Numbered from the stretch's first letter, positions 20,951-31,481 are shown. The stretch: DNA of 64,000 bases from Candidatus Bathyarchaeia archaeon (GCA_049969855.1 JBMFOB010000004.1:11743-75742); one strand, 5' to 3'. Notes: generated by a model not told the origin, from the letters alone. Numbers and translations are program-made.

Positions 20951-22306
20951 TTAGTGGCTAAAGGTTGAAACTTCGATTTTTTCAGGTTCATAATCTACCA
21001 GTTTGCCGCTGAGAAACTGCTCGTAAGCCGTTAGGTCAAGTAAGCCGTGTCCACTGTAATTCATTGCAATTATTTTTTTCTCGCCTGTTTTCTTGCATTT
21101 TAGTGCTTCATCTATTACATATTTTAGGCTGTGGGCGGTTTCGGGAGCTATTATTAATCCTTCTGTTTGGGCTAGAATCTTTGCGGCTTCGAAAACTTCA
21201 TTTTGACTGTAAGCAACAGAGCGCATATACCCCTTATATATTAGGTATGACATCAAAGGCGCCATCCCGTGATATCGCAATCCGCCAGCATGTATGGGTG
21301 GACAAGCATATCCATGTCCAATTGTTAACATTTTCAGAAGTGGCGTCATTTTGCCTGTGTCTCCATAATCGTATGTGTAGATGCCTCTTGTTGTGTGGGG
21401 AACGGCTTTTGATTCGCAAGCAACAAATTCTGTTTTTGTTTTGCCTTTGAGCTTGTCCATCATGAAGGGGAATGCGAAGCCTGCATAGTTTGAGCCTCCG
21501 CCTATGCATCCGCAAATTATGTTTGGGTAAATGTCCATAAGTTCGAATTGTTTTTTTGCTTCTAAGCCTACTATTGTTTGGTGCATGAGAACGTGATTCA
21601 GCACGGAGCCTAAAGAGTACCGTGTATCTTCGTTTGTAAGCGCATCTTCAATGGCTTCTGTGATGGCTATTCCCAAAGTTCCAGGATTGTCTGGGTTTTC
21701 TTTGAGCAGTTTTCTGCCGAAATTTGTTTGTTCGCTTGGTGATGGGAACATTTCTGCGCCGTAAATCTGTGCTATGATTCTTCTGCCTGGCTTTTGGTAA
21801 TAGCTTGTTTTAACCATGTAGATTCGGCATTTCAGTCCGAAAATGGTGCATGAAAAGGCTAGGGCTGTGCCCCACTGTCCTGCTCCGGTTTCAGTCACTA
21901 GTCTTTTGATTCCTTGTTGTTTGTTGTAGTAGGCTTGTGCAAGGGCGGTATTAGTTTTGTGGCTTCCTGTTGGGCTGAAGTTTTCGCATTTGAAGTATAT
22001 CTGGGCTGGTGTTTTCAAATAATTTTCTAGGCGTTTTGCTCTGTAAAGTGGTGTTGGACGTGGAAGCCTTAGGTATGCATCGAGTATTTCATCCGGTATT
22101 TTTATGTAGCGTTCTGTGGAAACTTCTTGTTTTATGAGTTCTTTTGCGAATATTCTCTCAAGTAGTTGTGGGCTTATGGGTTTTAGGGTTGTTGGGTCCA
22201 ATGGTGGTGGTAATGGTTCTGGGAGATCTGCTTGGATATTGTACCATTCTCTGGGTATTTCTTCGGGATTTAACTGTGTGAAGCTTTCATTAATTTTTGA
22301 ATGCAT
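20951..22306 (-). CDS. trpB2: Tryptophan synthase beta chain type 2 (TrpB2)
   Basis: WYNIQAD, RPTPLYRA, GSHKTN, TETGAGQWG, GSVLNHV, HAGGLRYHG, APETAH, SGHG. Confidence 0.92.
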   Translation of the reverse strand: MHSKINESFTQLNPEEIPREWYNIQADLPEPLPPPLDPTTLKPISPQLLERIFAKELIKQEVSTERYIKIPDEILDAYLRLPRPTPLYRAKRLENYLKTPAQIYFKCENFSPTGSHKTNTALAQAYYNKQQGIKRLVTETGAGQWGTALAFSCTIFGLKCRIYMVKTSYYQKPGRRIIAQIYGAEMFPSPSEQTNFGRKLLKENPDNPGTLGIAITEAIEDALTNEDTRYSLGSVLNHVLMHQTIVGLEAKKQFELMDIYPNIICGCIGGGSNYAGFAFPFMMDKLKGKTKTEFVACESKAVPHTTRGIYTYDYGDTGKMTPLLKMLTIGHGYACPPIHAGGLRYHGMAPLMSYLIYKGYMRSVAYSQNEVFEAAKILAQTEGLIIAPETAHSLKYVIDEALKCKKTGEKKIIAMNYSGHGLLDLTAYEQFLSGKLVDYEPEKIEVSTFSH

Positions 22307-22419
22307 ACAGATGTCCCCTTATGTATATTTTTGTTCATTTGCGTATGATATTATACTCAAGACAACACGAACATATTTATACTTTACTGCACAAAAAAGT
22401 ACATGAAGGAATCTGTAAC

Positions 22420-22923
22420 ATGTGGAGCAAAATTGCAAAATGCCTAGAAGACTATCCAGAACGGCTCAAAGTAGCTCGAGTTCTCGTAGAAAATGGACTG
22501 AGCGTGAGAAACGGAAAAATCTATCTTAACGAAATTGAAGTTCCACCGGTTCGCATAGCAAGAGTTGCTGGAGTAGACAGAAGAACAGTGAACGAGACGC
22601 TGAATGCTATCCGCACAAACCGCGAACTTAAGCCAATTTTTGAAGGGTTAAGGTCTGCTGGGCATTCTTTAAAGGAGATTGCTAAACATTTGGATTTGGG
22701 AGTTGTTGAAATAACTCCTGTTGATGCACGAATTCCGGGCATACTTGCAAGCTCCGCCTCAATTCTTGCGAATGCTGGTTTGAGTATAAGGCAGGCGATA
22801 GTTGATGATCCAGAGTTGTCGCCTGAGCCTAAATTAACTTTGATTGTTGAGAGAAAAATTCCAGGCGAATTGATTCCAGAATTTCTAAAAATAAAGGGAG
22901 TGGCTAAAGTTTCAATTTATTAA
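22420..22923 (+). CDS. ACT-domain regulator of amino acid metabolism
   Basis: IARVAGVDRRTV HTH-like segment, PGILA, SIRQAIVDDP ACT domain. Confidence 0.8.
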   Translation: MWSKIAKCLEDYPERLKVARVLVENGLSVRNGKIYLNEIEVPPVRIARVAGVDRRTVNETLNAIRTNRELKPIFEGLRSAGHSLKEIAKHLDLGVVEITPVDARIPGILASSASILANAGLSIRQAIVDDPELSPEPKLTLIVERKIPGELIPEFLKIKGVAKVSIY

Positions 22924-23007
22924 ATGTTTCATGTTATGGATTGATTTTTTTAACCGCTATGAATAATAAAGAGTTTGATGAGTGAATCATTCGCTTGGGG
23001 TTTGTAA

Positions 23008-24990
23008 ATGCCTAGGATAGGCGTTTATGTTTGCCACTGCGGTTTGAACATAGCTGGAGTTGTTGATGTAGAGAAGGTGGCTAATTATGCTGAGAAGTTG
23101 CCAGATGTTGTGGTGGCTAGGCATTATGTTTACATGTGTTCTGAAACTGGACAGCGCATGATAAAAGAAGACATTAAAGCGCATAACCTTAACCGAATAG
23201 TTATCGCCACATGCTCGCCGAGAATGCATGAAGAAACTTTCCGCAGAACCGTTGCTGAGGCAGGCTTAAACCCTTACCTTCTTGAAATCGTCAATTTGAG
23301 AGAACATGTCTCTTGGGTTCACAGCGAAGAGCCAGAAAAAGCAACGGAAAAAGCTAAAGACCTTGTGAAGATGGGCGTAGCACGTGTTAAACTTTTGGAG
23401 CCTTTGGAAAAGCGAAGGGTTAGCGTGGAGAAAAGTGTTTTAGTTGTCGGCGGCGGGATTGCTGGGATACAGGCTTCGTTGGATTTGGCTGATGCTGGTT
23501 TTAGAGTTTATCTTGTTGAGAAGGCGCCTAGCATTGGCGGGCGCATGGCACAGTTGGACAAGACTTTTCCAACCCTTGATTGTAGTGCTTGCATTCTCAC
23601 TCCTAAAATGGTTGATGTTGCAAGACACCCAAAAATAACATTGTTGACGAATTCTGAGGTTACAAATGTTAGTGGGTTTGTTGGAAATTATGAAGTTTCA
23701 GTTGTAAAGAAGCCCCGTTATGTGGATGAGAAAAAATGTGTTGGTTGCGAACTATGCACTCAAGTTTGTCCAGTTAAGGTTCCAGACGAATTTAATGAAG
23801 GCTTAAGCCAAACACGCGCAATATCAGTTTATTCTCCCTATGCCGTGCCAAAAGTAGCCATAATAAACCCAAACCATTGCCTAAGACTGAAATATGATAA
23901 AGATGTTTGCGGTAAATGCTTAAACGCATGTGAAGCAAAAGCCATAAACTTTGCACAGCAACCAGAAGAACTTAGGCTTAAAGTGGGCGCCATAATCTTG
24001 GCTGTTGGAGCGGAAGTTTTTGACGCTTCTAAAATGCCAGAGTTAGGATATAAACGATACAAGAATGTAATATCCAACATAGAATTTGAAAGGATTTTGA
24101 ATGCTTCTGGACCTACTAAAGGAGAAATTTGCCGCCAAAACGGCGAGCCTCCGAAAACTATCGTTTTTGTTCAATGTGTGGGTTCCAGAGACAAACGTTT
24201 TCATGAATATTGCTGTCGTGTAGGGTGTATGGCAACTTTAAAACAAGCAATTCTTGTTCAAGAAAGGTTAGGAGAAAACGTGAAAATTTATGTTTGCTTT
24301 AATGATATGCGTGCTTTTGGCAAGGGATATGATGAGTTTTATAGACGAGCAAGAGAGTTAGACATAGAATTTGTTGCAGGGTTGCCATCAGACATTCGAA
24401 GCGCTTCGGACGGTTCACTTTACTTTGATGTTTACGATAAAGGAACAAACAAGCTTTTGGAAATGCGACCAGACTTAATTGTTCTAGCGAACGGATTAGT
24501 TCCAAACAGCGACCTTGAAAAAGTAAGCGCCCTATTCCATGTCTCAAGGAGCGCCGATGGTTTTCTTTTAGAGGCACATCCAAAACTGCGACCTCTAGAG
24601 AGTTTGACAGCTGGAATTTTCATTGCGGGTTCTTGTCAAGGACCTAAGGATATACCAGACACTGTTGCCCAAGCCAGCGGGGCAGCAGCAAAAGTAATCG
24701 ACCTTTTGGCGAGTGGGGTAATTGAGCTTGAGCCTTTAACAGCGGTTATTGATAAGAACTTATGCAGTGGTTGTCAAGTTTGTGAGCCGCTTTGTCCGTT
24801 TTTTGCGATAGAAATGAAAACGGAAACCGTGGAAGGTGTGGAAAAAGTTAAAGCGGAAATTATTGAAGCCATGTGTCAAGGCTGTGGTCTCTGCGTTTCA
24901 GCATGTCCCACCAAAGCAATCAAAATGCGGCATTATAATGATGAGCAATTTCTGGCGCAAGTTCAAGCATGCTGTTCTGAAAGGAGGTAA
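23008..24990 (+). CDS. hdrA: Heterodisulfide reductase subunit A (FAD, Fe-S)
   Basis: IGVYVCHCG.NIA, CSPRMHE, GGGIAG, KTFPTLDCSAC, CVGSRD, GPKDIP, two ferredoxin modules. Confidence 0.95.
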   Translation: MPRIGVYVCHCGLNIAGVVDVEKVANYAEKLPDVVVARHYVYMCSETGQRMIKEDIKAHNLNRIVIATCSPRMHEETFRRTVAEAGLNPYLLEIVNLREHVSWVHSEEPEKATEKAKDLVKMGVARVKLLEPLEKRRVSVEKSVLVVGGGIAGIQASLDLADAGFRVYLVEKAPSIGGRMAQLDKTFPTLDCSACILTPKMVDVARHPKITLLTNSEVTNVSGFVGNYEVSVVKKPRYVDEKKCVGCELCTQVCPVKVPDEFNEGLSQTRAISVYSPYAVPKVAIINPNHCLRLKYDKDVCGKCLNACEAKAINFAQQPEELRLKVGAIILAVGAEVFDASKMPELGYKRYKNVISNIEFERILNASGPTKGEICRQNGEPPKTIVFVQCVGSRDKRFHEYCCRVGCMATLKQAILVQERLGENVKIYVCFNDMRAFGKGYDEFYRRARELDIEFVAGLPSDIRSASDGSLYFDVYDKGTNKLLEMRPDLIVLANGLVPNSDLEKVSALFHVSRSADGFLLEAHPKLRPLESLTAGIFIAGSCQGPKDIPDTVAQASGAAAKVIDLLASGVIELEPLTAVIDKNLCSGCQVCEPLCPFFAIEMKTETVEGVEKVKAEIIEAMCQGCGLCVSACPTKAIKMRHYNDEQFLAQVQACCSERR

Positions 24991-25506
24991 TTGAGTATGG
25001 GTTTAACAGATTTAATGTCAATGGCTAAACCCAACATGGAAGTGCGTGAAAAATTTTTGTCAAAGCTTGGCAACAAAGAACTCATTAACTGTTTTCAATG
25101 TTTAAAATGCACCAGCGGATGCACAGCGTTAAAACTTTTAGAGTTGAAGCCTCATGAAATAGTTAAACTTGTCAATTTTGGCTTTGTGGATGAATTGGCG
25201 TCGTCGGAAATAATTTGGACTTGTGTAACATGCCTAAAGTGTGTGCAAAGGTGCCCACAGAAAGCCTCACCATACCACACGATAATGGTTCTTAGGAATA
25301 TGGCTGTTGAAAAGGAAGTGCAGATACCTGAAGAATACTTGAAAGCTTTCTCAAGAATTCTCGAAACAGGCTTGGCTGAAGCACCTCAAGAAGTCACGAC
25401 AAAAAAGATGGAAGTTTTTGATCGTAAAAGTCTAAAGTTGCCAAAAATCAACCTTCCAAAGGAGAGTTTTCAAGCAGCGTTTATGAAAATTATGGAGGAG
25501 AAATAG
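24991..25506 (+). CDS. hdrC: Heterodisulfide reductase subunit C
   Basis: CFQCLKCTSGC and WTCVTCLKCVQRCP; located between hdrA and hdrB. Confidence 0.88.
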   Translation: MSMGLTDLMSMAKPNMEVREKFLSKLGNKELINCFQCLKCTSGCTALKLLELKPHEIVKLVNFGFVDELASSEIIWTCVTCLKCVQRCPQKASPYHTIMVLRNMAVEKEVQIPEEYLKAFSRILETGLAEAPQEVTTKKMEVFDRKSLKLPKINLPKESFQAAFMKIMEEK

Positions 25507-26382
25507 GTGAAACTTGCTGTTTTCTGGGGCTGTCGCATATTAACAAGTCAGTACGCTTATGAAATGTCTGTTCGAGAAGTTTTCAAAAAACTAAACATAG
25601 AACTTGTAGATCTATCCGAAGCTAATTGTTGTGGAGACCCGATAAAAAGCATAAAAGACCCCGCAGCAAACTATTTAGCCATTAGAGTTTTAGCCCTAGC
25701 AAACTCGACAGGTTTAGATGGTTTGCTTGTGCCATGCAATCGTTGCCACTTTGCCATTTCAGAAGCAAAAAACGTTGCGAACAAAAACAAGAATCTTAAC
25801 GAAAAAATCAAGGGCTTGCTGAAGGAAGAAGAATTAGAGTATAACGCTAACATTAAAATTTGGCACATAATCGACTTTCTGCACGACTTTGTTGGCTTAG
25901 ATTCTATTAAAAAAGCAACACAAAAGCCTCTTAAAGATTTGCGGTTGGCAACGCATGTTGGTTGCCAAATCATTCGTTACAGCGACCTTGGAAGGGTTGA
26001 TGATGCGGAGAATCCTCGAAAACTTGATAAGTTAGTGGAGGTTCTTGGAGCGAAAACGGTGGATTACGCTGAAAAACTGGATTGTTGTGGTGCACCTTTA
26101 ATGTATAGTCATCCCAGTTCTGCTCTTTCTCTTGCTGGCGCTAAAATTAAGGCTTTAACGAGTTTGGGTGTTGACGGTTTGGTTATTTCTTGTCCCGATT
26201 GTGGTTTGATGTTTGATTTTAGGCAGAAGGATGCAGTGGCGACTGTTGGAGCAAAAGCCAGTCTTCCAGTGATTTATTATACGCAGCTTCTTGGTTTAGC
26301 CTTAAACATCGAAGCAGAAAAACTTGGTTTGCATCTTAACCAAAGCCCTGTGGAGCAACTTTTAATGAAAATTTCTGCTTAA
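25507..26382 (+). CDS. hdrB: Heterodisulfide reductase subunit B
   Basis: FWGC, two CCG motifs, PCNRC, HVGC, CPDC..MFD..Q, LPVIYYTQLLGLA. Confidence 0.92.
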   Translation: MKLAVFWGCRILTSQYAYEMSVREVFKKLNIELVDLSEANCCGDPIKSIKDPAANYLAIRVLALANSTGLDGLLVPCNRCHFAISEAKNVANKNKNLNEKIKGLLKEEELEYNANIKIWHIIDFLHDFVGLDSIKKATQKPLKDLRLATHVGCQIIRYSDLGRVDDAENPRKLDKLVEVLGAKTVDYAEKLDCCGAPLMYSHPSSALSLAGAKIKALTSLGVDGLVISCPDCGLMFDFRQKDAVATVGAKASLPVIYYTQLLGLALNIEAEKLGLHLNQSPVEQLLMKISA

Positions 26383-26439
26383 ACGCTAAACAACTTTTAT
26401 ATTCCAAGTTTAAAAATAGAAGCTTCAAGGTGAAAGTTT

Positions 26440-27657
26440 ATGGTTGATTTCAGTTTCACAGAAGAGCAAGAGCTTTTCCGCAAAGCATTGAAAGAATGGT
26501 GCGAGAAAAATTTGTCCCTTGAAAAAATCAGAGAGATGGATAGTAAAGGCGAAATTCCGAAAGAAATTTTGAAGAGCATGGCTGACTTGGGCTTGCTTGT
26601 CATGACTGCGCCGCAGGAGCATGGTGGAACAGGCGCTGACTGGGTTACTGCCTGTATTGCTGGAGAAGAGTTGGGTTATGCTGACATTAGTATTGCTATT
26701 CCAGTGCTTTGGCTTGTGGAATCTTCTTGGGGCTTTGTTGTTGACAGATACTGCACAGAAAAAGTTCGTGAAACAGTTATCCATCCGGCAATAAAAGGCG
26801 AAGCCTTCATAGGCATAGCTTCCACGGAGTCTGGCGGCGGCTCTGATGTTGCAGCCTTCAAATCCACAGCCCGTAAGGAAGGAAACGATTGGATTTTGAA
26901 TGGAGAGAAAATGTACATTAGCGGAACTGAAGAAGCCAAAAAACTTGGCGGAGGCTACTTTGTCGTTGCCAGAACTTCGCCTGCACCTCCAGAAGCGCCA
27001 CATCGTGGGATGACGGGCTTTTACTTGCCAATAAATGCTTCTGGGGTTGAAATTAACAAACGCTTTGATGATATGGGGCGGATGGCGATTTCCACTGGCG
27101 GTTTTATGATGAAAAATGTTAGGATACCCGACTCATATCGCCTTGGTGAAGTGGATAAAGGCTTCTATTTAACCATGGAAGGTTTTGACAATGCAAGAAT
27201 ATTGATAGCAGCAGTCTGCATTGGAGCTGCGAGAAGGGCGCTTGACATTGGAATGGAATACATTAAAGAGCGGAAGGCTTTCGGCAGACCTATCGGAAAA
27301 TTTGAGGGAATACAGTTTGAATTGGCGGATGATTGGGCGCAACTTGAGGCTCTGCGTTCACTCGTTTATCGAACCGCATGGATGAACGACAAAAAGTACA
27401 AGGAAAACAAATTCACACCATTAGAAGTTAGCAGAATGATTGCTGCTTGCAAACTGATGGCGCCGCATTTCGCCTTCGACGTTTTCAAGCATGCAATGAT
27501 TTGGCTTGGCGCCTACGGTTATACCAAAGAATGCCCATTAGAAATGGGATTGCGTGGAATAATGTCTTACTGTGTCGGGGCTGAAGGAGCCACAAACATT
27601 CAAAGAATAGTCATAGCAAGAGAACTTTTAGGCAAAGACTACATACCCTACAAATAA
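26440..27657 (+). CDS. Acyl-CoA dehydrogenase
   Basis: TESGGGSD, LNGEKMYIS, RKAFGRPI..FEGIQF, GAYGY, EGATNIQR. Confidence 0.93.
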   Translation: MVDFSFTEEQELFRKALKEWCEKNLSLEKIREMDSKGEIPKEILKSMADLGLLVMTAPQEHGGTGADWVTACIAGEELGYADISIAIPVLWLVESSWGFVVDRYCTEKVRETVIHPAIKGEAFIGIASTESGGGSDVAAFKSTARKEGNDWILNGEKMYISGTEEAKKLGGGYFVVARTSPAPPEAPHRGMTGFYLPINASGVEINKRFDDMGRMAISTGGFMMKNVRIPDSYRLGEVDKGFYLTMEGFDNARILIAAVCIGAARRALDIGMEYIKERKAFGRPIGKFEGIQFELADDWAQLEALRSLVYRTAWMNDKKYKENKFTPLEVSRMIAACKLMAPHFAFDVFKHAMIWLGAYGYTKECPLEMGLRGIMSYCVGAEGATNIQRIVIARELLGKDYIPYK

Positions 27658-27785
27658 TCCCATTATTCACATTTTCTTTTTTAATGAAGTTTACTGTTTT
27701 CGCCAGTTCCTTCATCATGCAGGAAACCATTAACGCATGAGCATGCTTGTACTCTTAACAAGCCTTAAGGCTTCATCTTAAGAAG

Positions 27786-28166
27786 ATGAGCTTAAGTTGC
27801 CACGTCTCGACCGTCATAATTTCGTGGGTGGGGTATATGACTGGCTATGTTTCTCTCCAAACAACTGTCGAATTCTCAGTTATCGCGTTGCTGCTTGTAG
27901 GTTCAACCCACGCTCTCCGACGTTTCGTTTCGACTTCTTTCCCCAAGTGGCAATTTTTCAGGCGAGTTGTCTTCGTCCTGTGCGGCATTTTCTGGATTGG
28001 TTTCTTTTTATGGAGAATTTCCGTGATTGCCCTAAGACAAGTGTTCGGTTTAAGTGCAGATACCTCAGCATTCCTAGCGTTACCATGTTACCTACTGGGA
28101 GCCTACATTGCAGACAAACTAGAGAAGCGCACGCGTATGCATACACGCCAAAGGACACACTCCTAA
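27786..28166 (+). CDS. Hypothetical small membrane protein
   Basis: 126 aa with 3-4 hydrophobic segments; overlapping alternative ORF makes the call uncertain. Confidence 0.45.
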   Translation: MSLSCHVSTVIISWVGYMTGYVSLQTTVEFSVIALLLVGSTHALRRFVSTSFPKWQFFRRVVFVLCGIFWIGFFLWRISVIALRQVFGLSADTSAFLALPCYLLGAYIADKLEKRTRMHTRQRTHS

Positions 28167-28293
28167 CAGAAAATGCATTGGTTTTCCAAATTTTTAGAAC
28201 AGCTTCTTTTAATGTCTCCTAAGAGAATGTTGTTAGTTCTTTGGTTTTAAGGAAAAGTATAAGTTTTTAGAGCGGTATAGAAGGAACCATTGG

Positions 28294-28324
28294 GAAAATA
28301 GGAGGAAAAACTAGAGAGGGTAGG
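28294..28324 (-). repeat. Short pyrimidine-rich dispersed repeat, copy 1 (minus strand CCTACCCTCTCTAGTTTTTC-CTCCTATTTTC)
   Basis: Similar to 44534-44577. Confidence 0.35.
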
Positions 28325-28361
28325 TCGCGTATTGGTTGTTTTTAAGCCCAAAAATATGTTG

Positions 28362-29312
28362 TTACCGCAGTTGCTTCTTTAATGCTTCTTTCAGTGCTGG
28401 CAGTATCTCATATAAGTCGCCTACAACGCCGTAATCTGCAACCTCAAATATCGGCGCATTCTCATCCTTGTTAATAGCCACTATCACTTTCGCATCTCGA
28501 ATTCCGGCTACGTGCTGAATTACGCCAGAAATTCCACAAGCAATGTAAAGTTTTGGCTTAACCTTATGTCCAGACAATCCAACCCATTCTGTGAACCATT
28601 TTCTATCCTCAACTAAGGGTCGTGTGTTGCCAACTTGCCCGTTCAGAATTTTTGCCAACTCTTCTAGTAAAGCAGTGTCTTCTTTCTTTTCTAATCCTCT
28701 TCCGCAACTGACTATTACATCTGCGTCTTCAATTCTTACGCTTGAAATTTCGATGGGTTTTGTTTCTATGATTTCTGTTTTTGGTGCTTCAATTTTTGCG
28801 TCGAATTTTATTATTTGTCCATTGCGGTCTTTTGGCTGAAGTTTTTCAAATGTTCTTTGGGGAATTGTTGCTATTTGTGGTTTTGTTTTGAAGGTTATTT
28901 TTGCAGTGGCGTTTCCGCCGTATGTTATTCTTTCGCCTATTAGCCTTCCCTGTTCGTCAACATTTAGCCTATTACAGTCGGGGATGCATCCAGTTTGGAG
29001 GCGAGTTGCAAGTTTGGCTGCGAGGGGTTTTCCATTCCTTGTTGAGCCTATTAGTATTATTTCAGGTTTGTAATCTATTACGAGACTGTGTAAAACGCTG
29101 AGGTATGGTTCCATTTGAAAATGTGTCAAGGCTTGATTTTCGATTAGAAAAACTTTGTCTGCTCCATGTTTTATTAACTCGTTTGCCCTTTCTTGAACGT
29201 TATATCCAATCAGAACAGCCGCCAACTCTTTTTGCAATTTATCCGCTATTTCTCTTCCTTTCCCAAGCATCTCTAAAGTCAAATCGTGCTTTTCAGAATA
29301 AACCAGAATCAT
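28362..29312 (-). CDS. etfA: Electron transfer flavoprotein alpha subunit
   Basis: GRG, VGLSG..VKPKLYIACGISG.IQH.AG, AINKD.NAPIF. Confidence 0.93.
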   Translation of the reverse strand: MILVYSEKHDLTLEMLGKGREIADKLQKELAAVLIGYNVQERANELIKHGADKVFLIENQALTHFQMEPYLSVLHSLVIDYKPEIILIGSTRNGKPLAAKLATRLQTGCIPDCNRLNVDEQGRLIGERITYGGNATAKITFKTKPQIATIPQRTFEKLQPKDRNGQIIKFDAKIEAPKTEIIETKPIEISSVRIEDADVIVSCGRGLEKKEDTALLEELAKILNGQVGNTRPLVEDRKWFTEWVGLSGHKVKPKLYIACGISGVIQHVAGIRDAKVIVAINKDENAPIFEVADYGVVGDLYEILPALKEALKKQLR

Positions 29313-29316
29313 TTTT

Positions 29317-30105
29317 TCACCTTCCAACAACGCCTTCCTCAACCAAAGCCTTAACCAATTTGTCGGCAATCTCTTGCGCTGTTTCGCCAGTTATTTTCAC
29401 TCTTTTTCGTTCCGTTTTTGGAGCCAAAACTTCCATTACTTCAATTTTTGTATCAAGCTTTTCTTTTTGAAGGTTCAAGTCTGCAGCAGTCCATGTTGTT
29501 ATTTCCTTTTTTGAAGCTTTCATTATCATCATAAGCGATGGAATTCTAGGCTGGTTTATTTCTCTCGTAACCGATATCAAAGCTGGCATTTTCACTTTTA
29601 CAGTTTCAATGGCGTCTTCAATGGCTCTTTCCACAATAACCGCATCACCTTCCACAGAAATTTTTCTAACAGAAGTCGCCTGCGACAAGCCAAGAAGCTC
29701 CGCCAATCTTGAACTGACAAGCCCTGAAAAGCTATCCAAGGAGGTTTCGCCGCATAATATCAAGTCAAAGGTTCCGATTTTTTTGATTGATTCTGCAAGA
29801 ATATAAGCGGTGCCTAAAGTGTCTATGTCTTTAAAGTTGGGGTCGCTAATCATGTAAGCCTTGTCTGCTCCCATGGCGAGGGCTTCTCGCAGAACAGTTT
29901 TTGCATCTTCAGCGGTGACTGTTACGGTTAATATTTCAATGTTGCCAATTTTCTCCTTAATCCTTATAGCTTCTTCTAAGGCGTTTTTGTCAAAATCGCT
30001 TATTTTCTTGGCTGCACCAGCAGTTATTAATTGTCTTGTTGTTGGGTCAACTTTTAACTGTGAAACGTCAATTGCTTGTTTGAGGCAAACAATTATTCTA
30101 TTCAA
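29317..30105 (-). CDS. etfB: Electron transfer flavoprotein beta subunit
   Basis: IIVCLKQ..D, FDKNALEEA, ALAMGAD, DLILCGE.S.D, INQPRIPS; TTG start 30105. Confidence 0.93.
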   Translation of the reverse strand: MNRIIVCLKQAIDVSQLKVDPTTRQLITAGAAKKISDFDKNALEEAIRIKEKIGNIEILTVTVTAEDAKTVLREALAMGADKAYMISDPNFKDIDTLGTAYILAESIKKIGTFDLILCGETSLDSFSGLVSSRLAELLGLSQATSVRKISVEGDAVIVERAIEDAIETVKVKMPALISVTREINQPRIPSLMMIMKASKKEITTWTAADLNLQKEKLDTKIEVMEVLAPKTERKRVKITGETAQEIADKLVKALVEEGVVGR

Positions 30106-30268
30106 TAATTTTCCCTTCTGATAATGGGTTGTTAGAAAACCTAAATTTCTGGTGCTTGTAAAAAACTTTTGCTCTGATAACTCTAATGTTTTAATGGTGC
30201 AATTTTGTTGTGGAAAGGAAGTGAGTGTGCATAAAAATTTATTAGCGTATGTTTTTAAAGTCTCCCGC

Positions 30269-31384
30269 ATGGAAGAAGCGAACATAGTTATTATAGGCGC
30301 TGGCATAGTTGGCTTGGCTGTAGCTGCAAAACTTTCCGAAAGGAATGAAGGAGTCTATATTTTAGAGAAAAATTCAAGGTTTGGACAAGAAACAAGCACG
30401 CATAACAGTGGAGTAATTCATTCGGGTATTCATTATCCGCCCGGTTCTCTTAAGGCTAAATTATGCGTTAAAGGCAATTTGATGATTTACGAAATTTGCG
30501 AGAAATATATGATTCCATATAAGCCTTTAGGAAAATTGACAGTGGCTATTGAAGATGAAGAGTTGGAAGAGTTGGAAAAACTGAAGCGTTGGGGAGAGGC
30601 AAACGGTGTTGAGGGTTTGAAATTTTTGGAAAGGGAAGATGTTAAGCGGTTGGAGCCAAATGTTGAGGTTGAAAAGGCGCTTTATTCTCCTTCTACGGGT
30701 ATTGTTGAACCTGACGAGCTTATGAACTATTTTTATGCCAAGGCTTCTGAGAATGGTGCAGTTTTGGCTACACAAACAGAAGTAACTGGTTTAAGAAAAA
30801 CAAACGGCAATTATGAAGTGAGCGGAATCAGTTTAGGCGAAAAATTCACCATAAAAGCAAAAAGCGTGATAAATTGTGCTGGGCTTTACTCAGACAAAAT
30901 AGCCACGCTTATTGGGTTGAACGTGGAAAAACTTGGTTATAAATTGCATTATTGCAAAGGCGATTACTTTAGGCTTATTGGCAAAGCTCCAGTAAAAATG
31001 CTGATTTATCCAGTTCCGAAAGGACCAGGATTAGGAATTCACTTGACCCCAGACCTTGCGGGAGTAGTGAAATTGGGACCAAACGCCTACTATGTGGATA
31101 ACATCAGCTATGAAGTGAACTCCAGCGAAGAGGAGTTTCGGGAAGACGTCAAAAGATTCTTGCCATCCATCCGAAACTATGAACTCACACCCGATTTTGC
31201 CGGAGTCAGACCCAAACTTCAAGGTCCAAGCGAAGAGTTTAGGGATTTTGTCATAAAACATGAGGCTGACAGGGGCTTTTTTGGCTTCATAAATCTTATA
31301 GGCATTGAGTCTCCGGGTTTGACGGCGGCGCCAGCTATTGGCGAGTTTGTTTCCGAAATCTACGAGAATGAAATTAAGAAATGA
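30269..31384 (+). CDS. FAD-dependent oxidoreductase, L-2-hydroxyglutarate oxidase (LhgO)-like
   Basis: GAGIVG, TSTHNSGVIHSG, GLGIH.T, GVRPK, GIESPGLT. Confidence 0.85.
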   Translation: MEEANIVIIGAGIVGLAVAAKLSERNEGVYILEKNSRFGQETSTHNSGVIHSGIHYPPGSLKAKLCVKGNLMIYEICEKYMIPYKPLGKLTVAIEDEELEELEKLKRWGEANGVEGLKFLEREDVKRLEPNVEVEKALYSPSTGIVEPDELMNYFYAKASENGAVLATQTEVTGLRKTNGNYEVSGISLGEKFTIKAKSVINCAGLYSDKIATLIGLNVEKLGYKLHYCKGDYFRLIGKAPVKMLIYPVPKGPGLGIHLTPDLAGVVKLGPNAYYVDNISYEVNSSEEEFREDVKRFLPSIRNYELTPDFAGVRPKLQGPSEEFRDFVIKHEADRGFFGFINLIGIESPGLTAAPAIGEFVSEIYENEIKK

Positions 31385-31481
31385 GAGGTTTAAACAATAT
31401 TTTCGGGAGTGTTGAAACATAAAATATTAGAATAGAGTTTTATTTTAATGTCAAACAAAATTGAAAGAGAGGATATGAAAA

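Noticed and set aside
23560-23600. Possible selenocysteine in HdrA
   Set aside because: The DCSAC site uses Cys codons and there is no in-frame TGA in the ORF.
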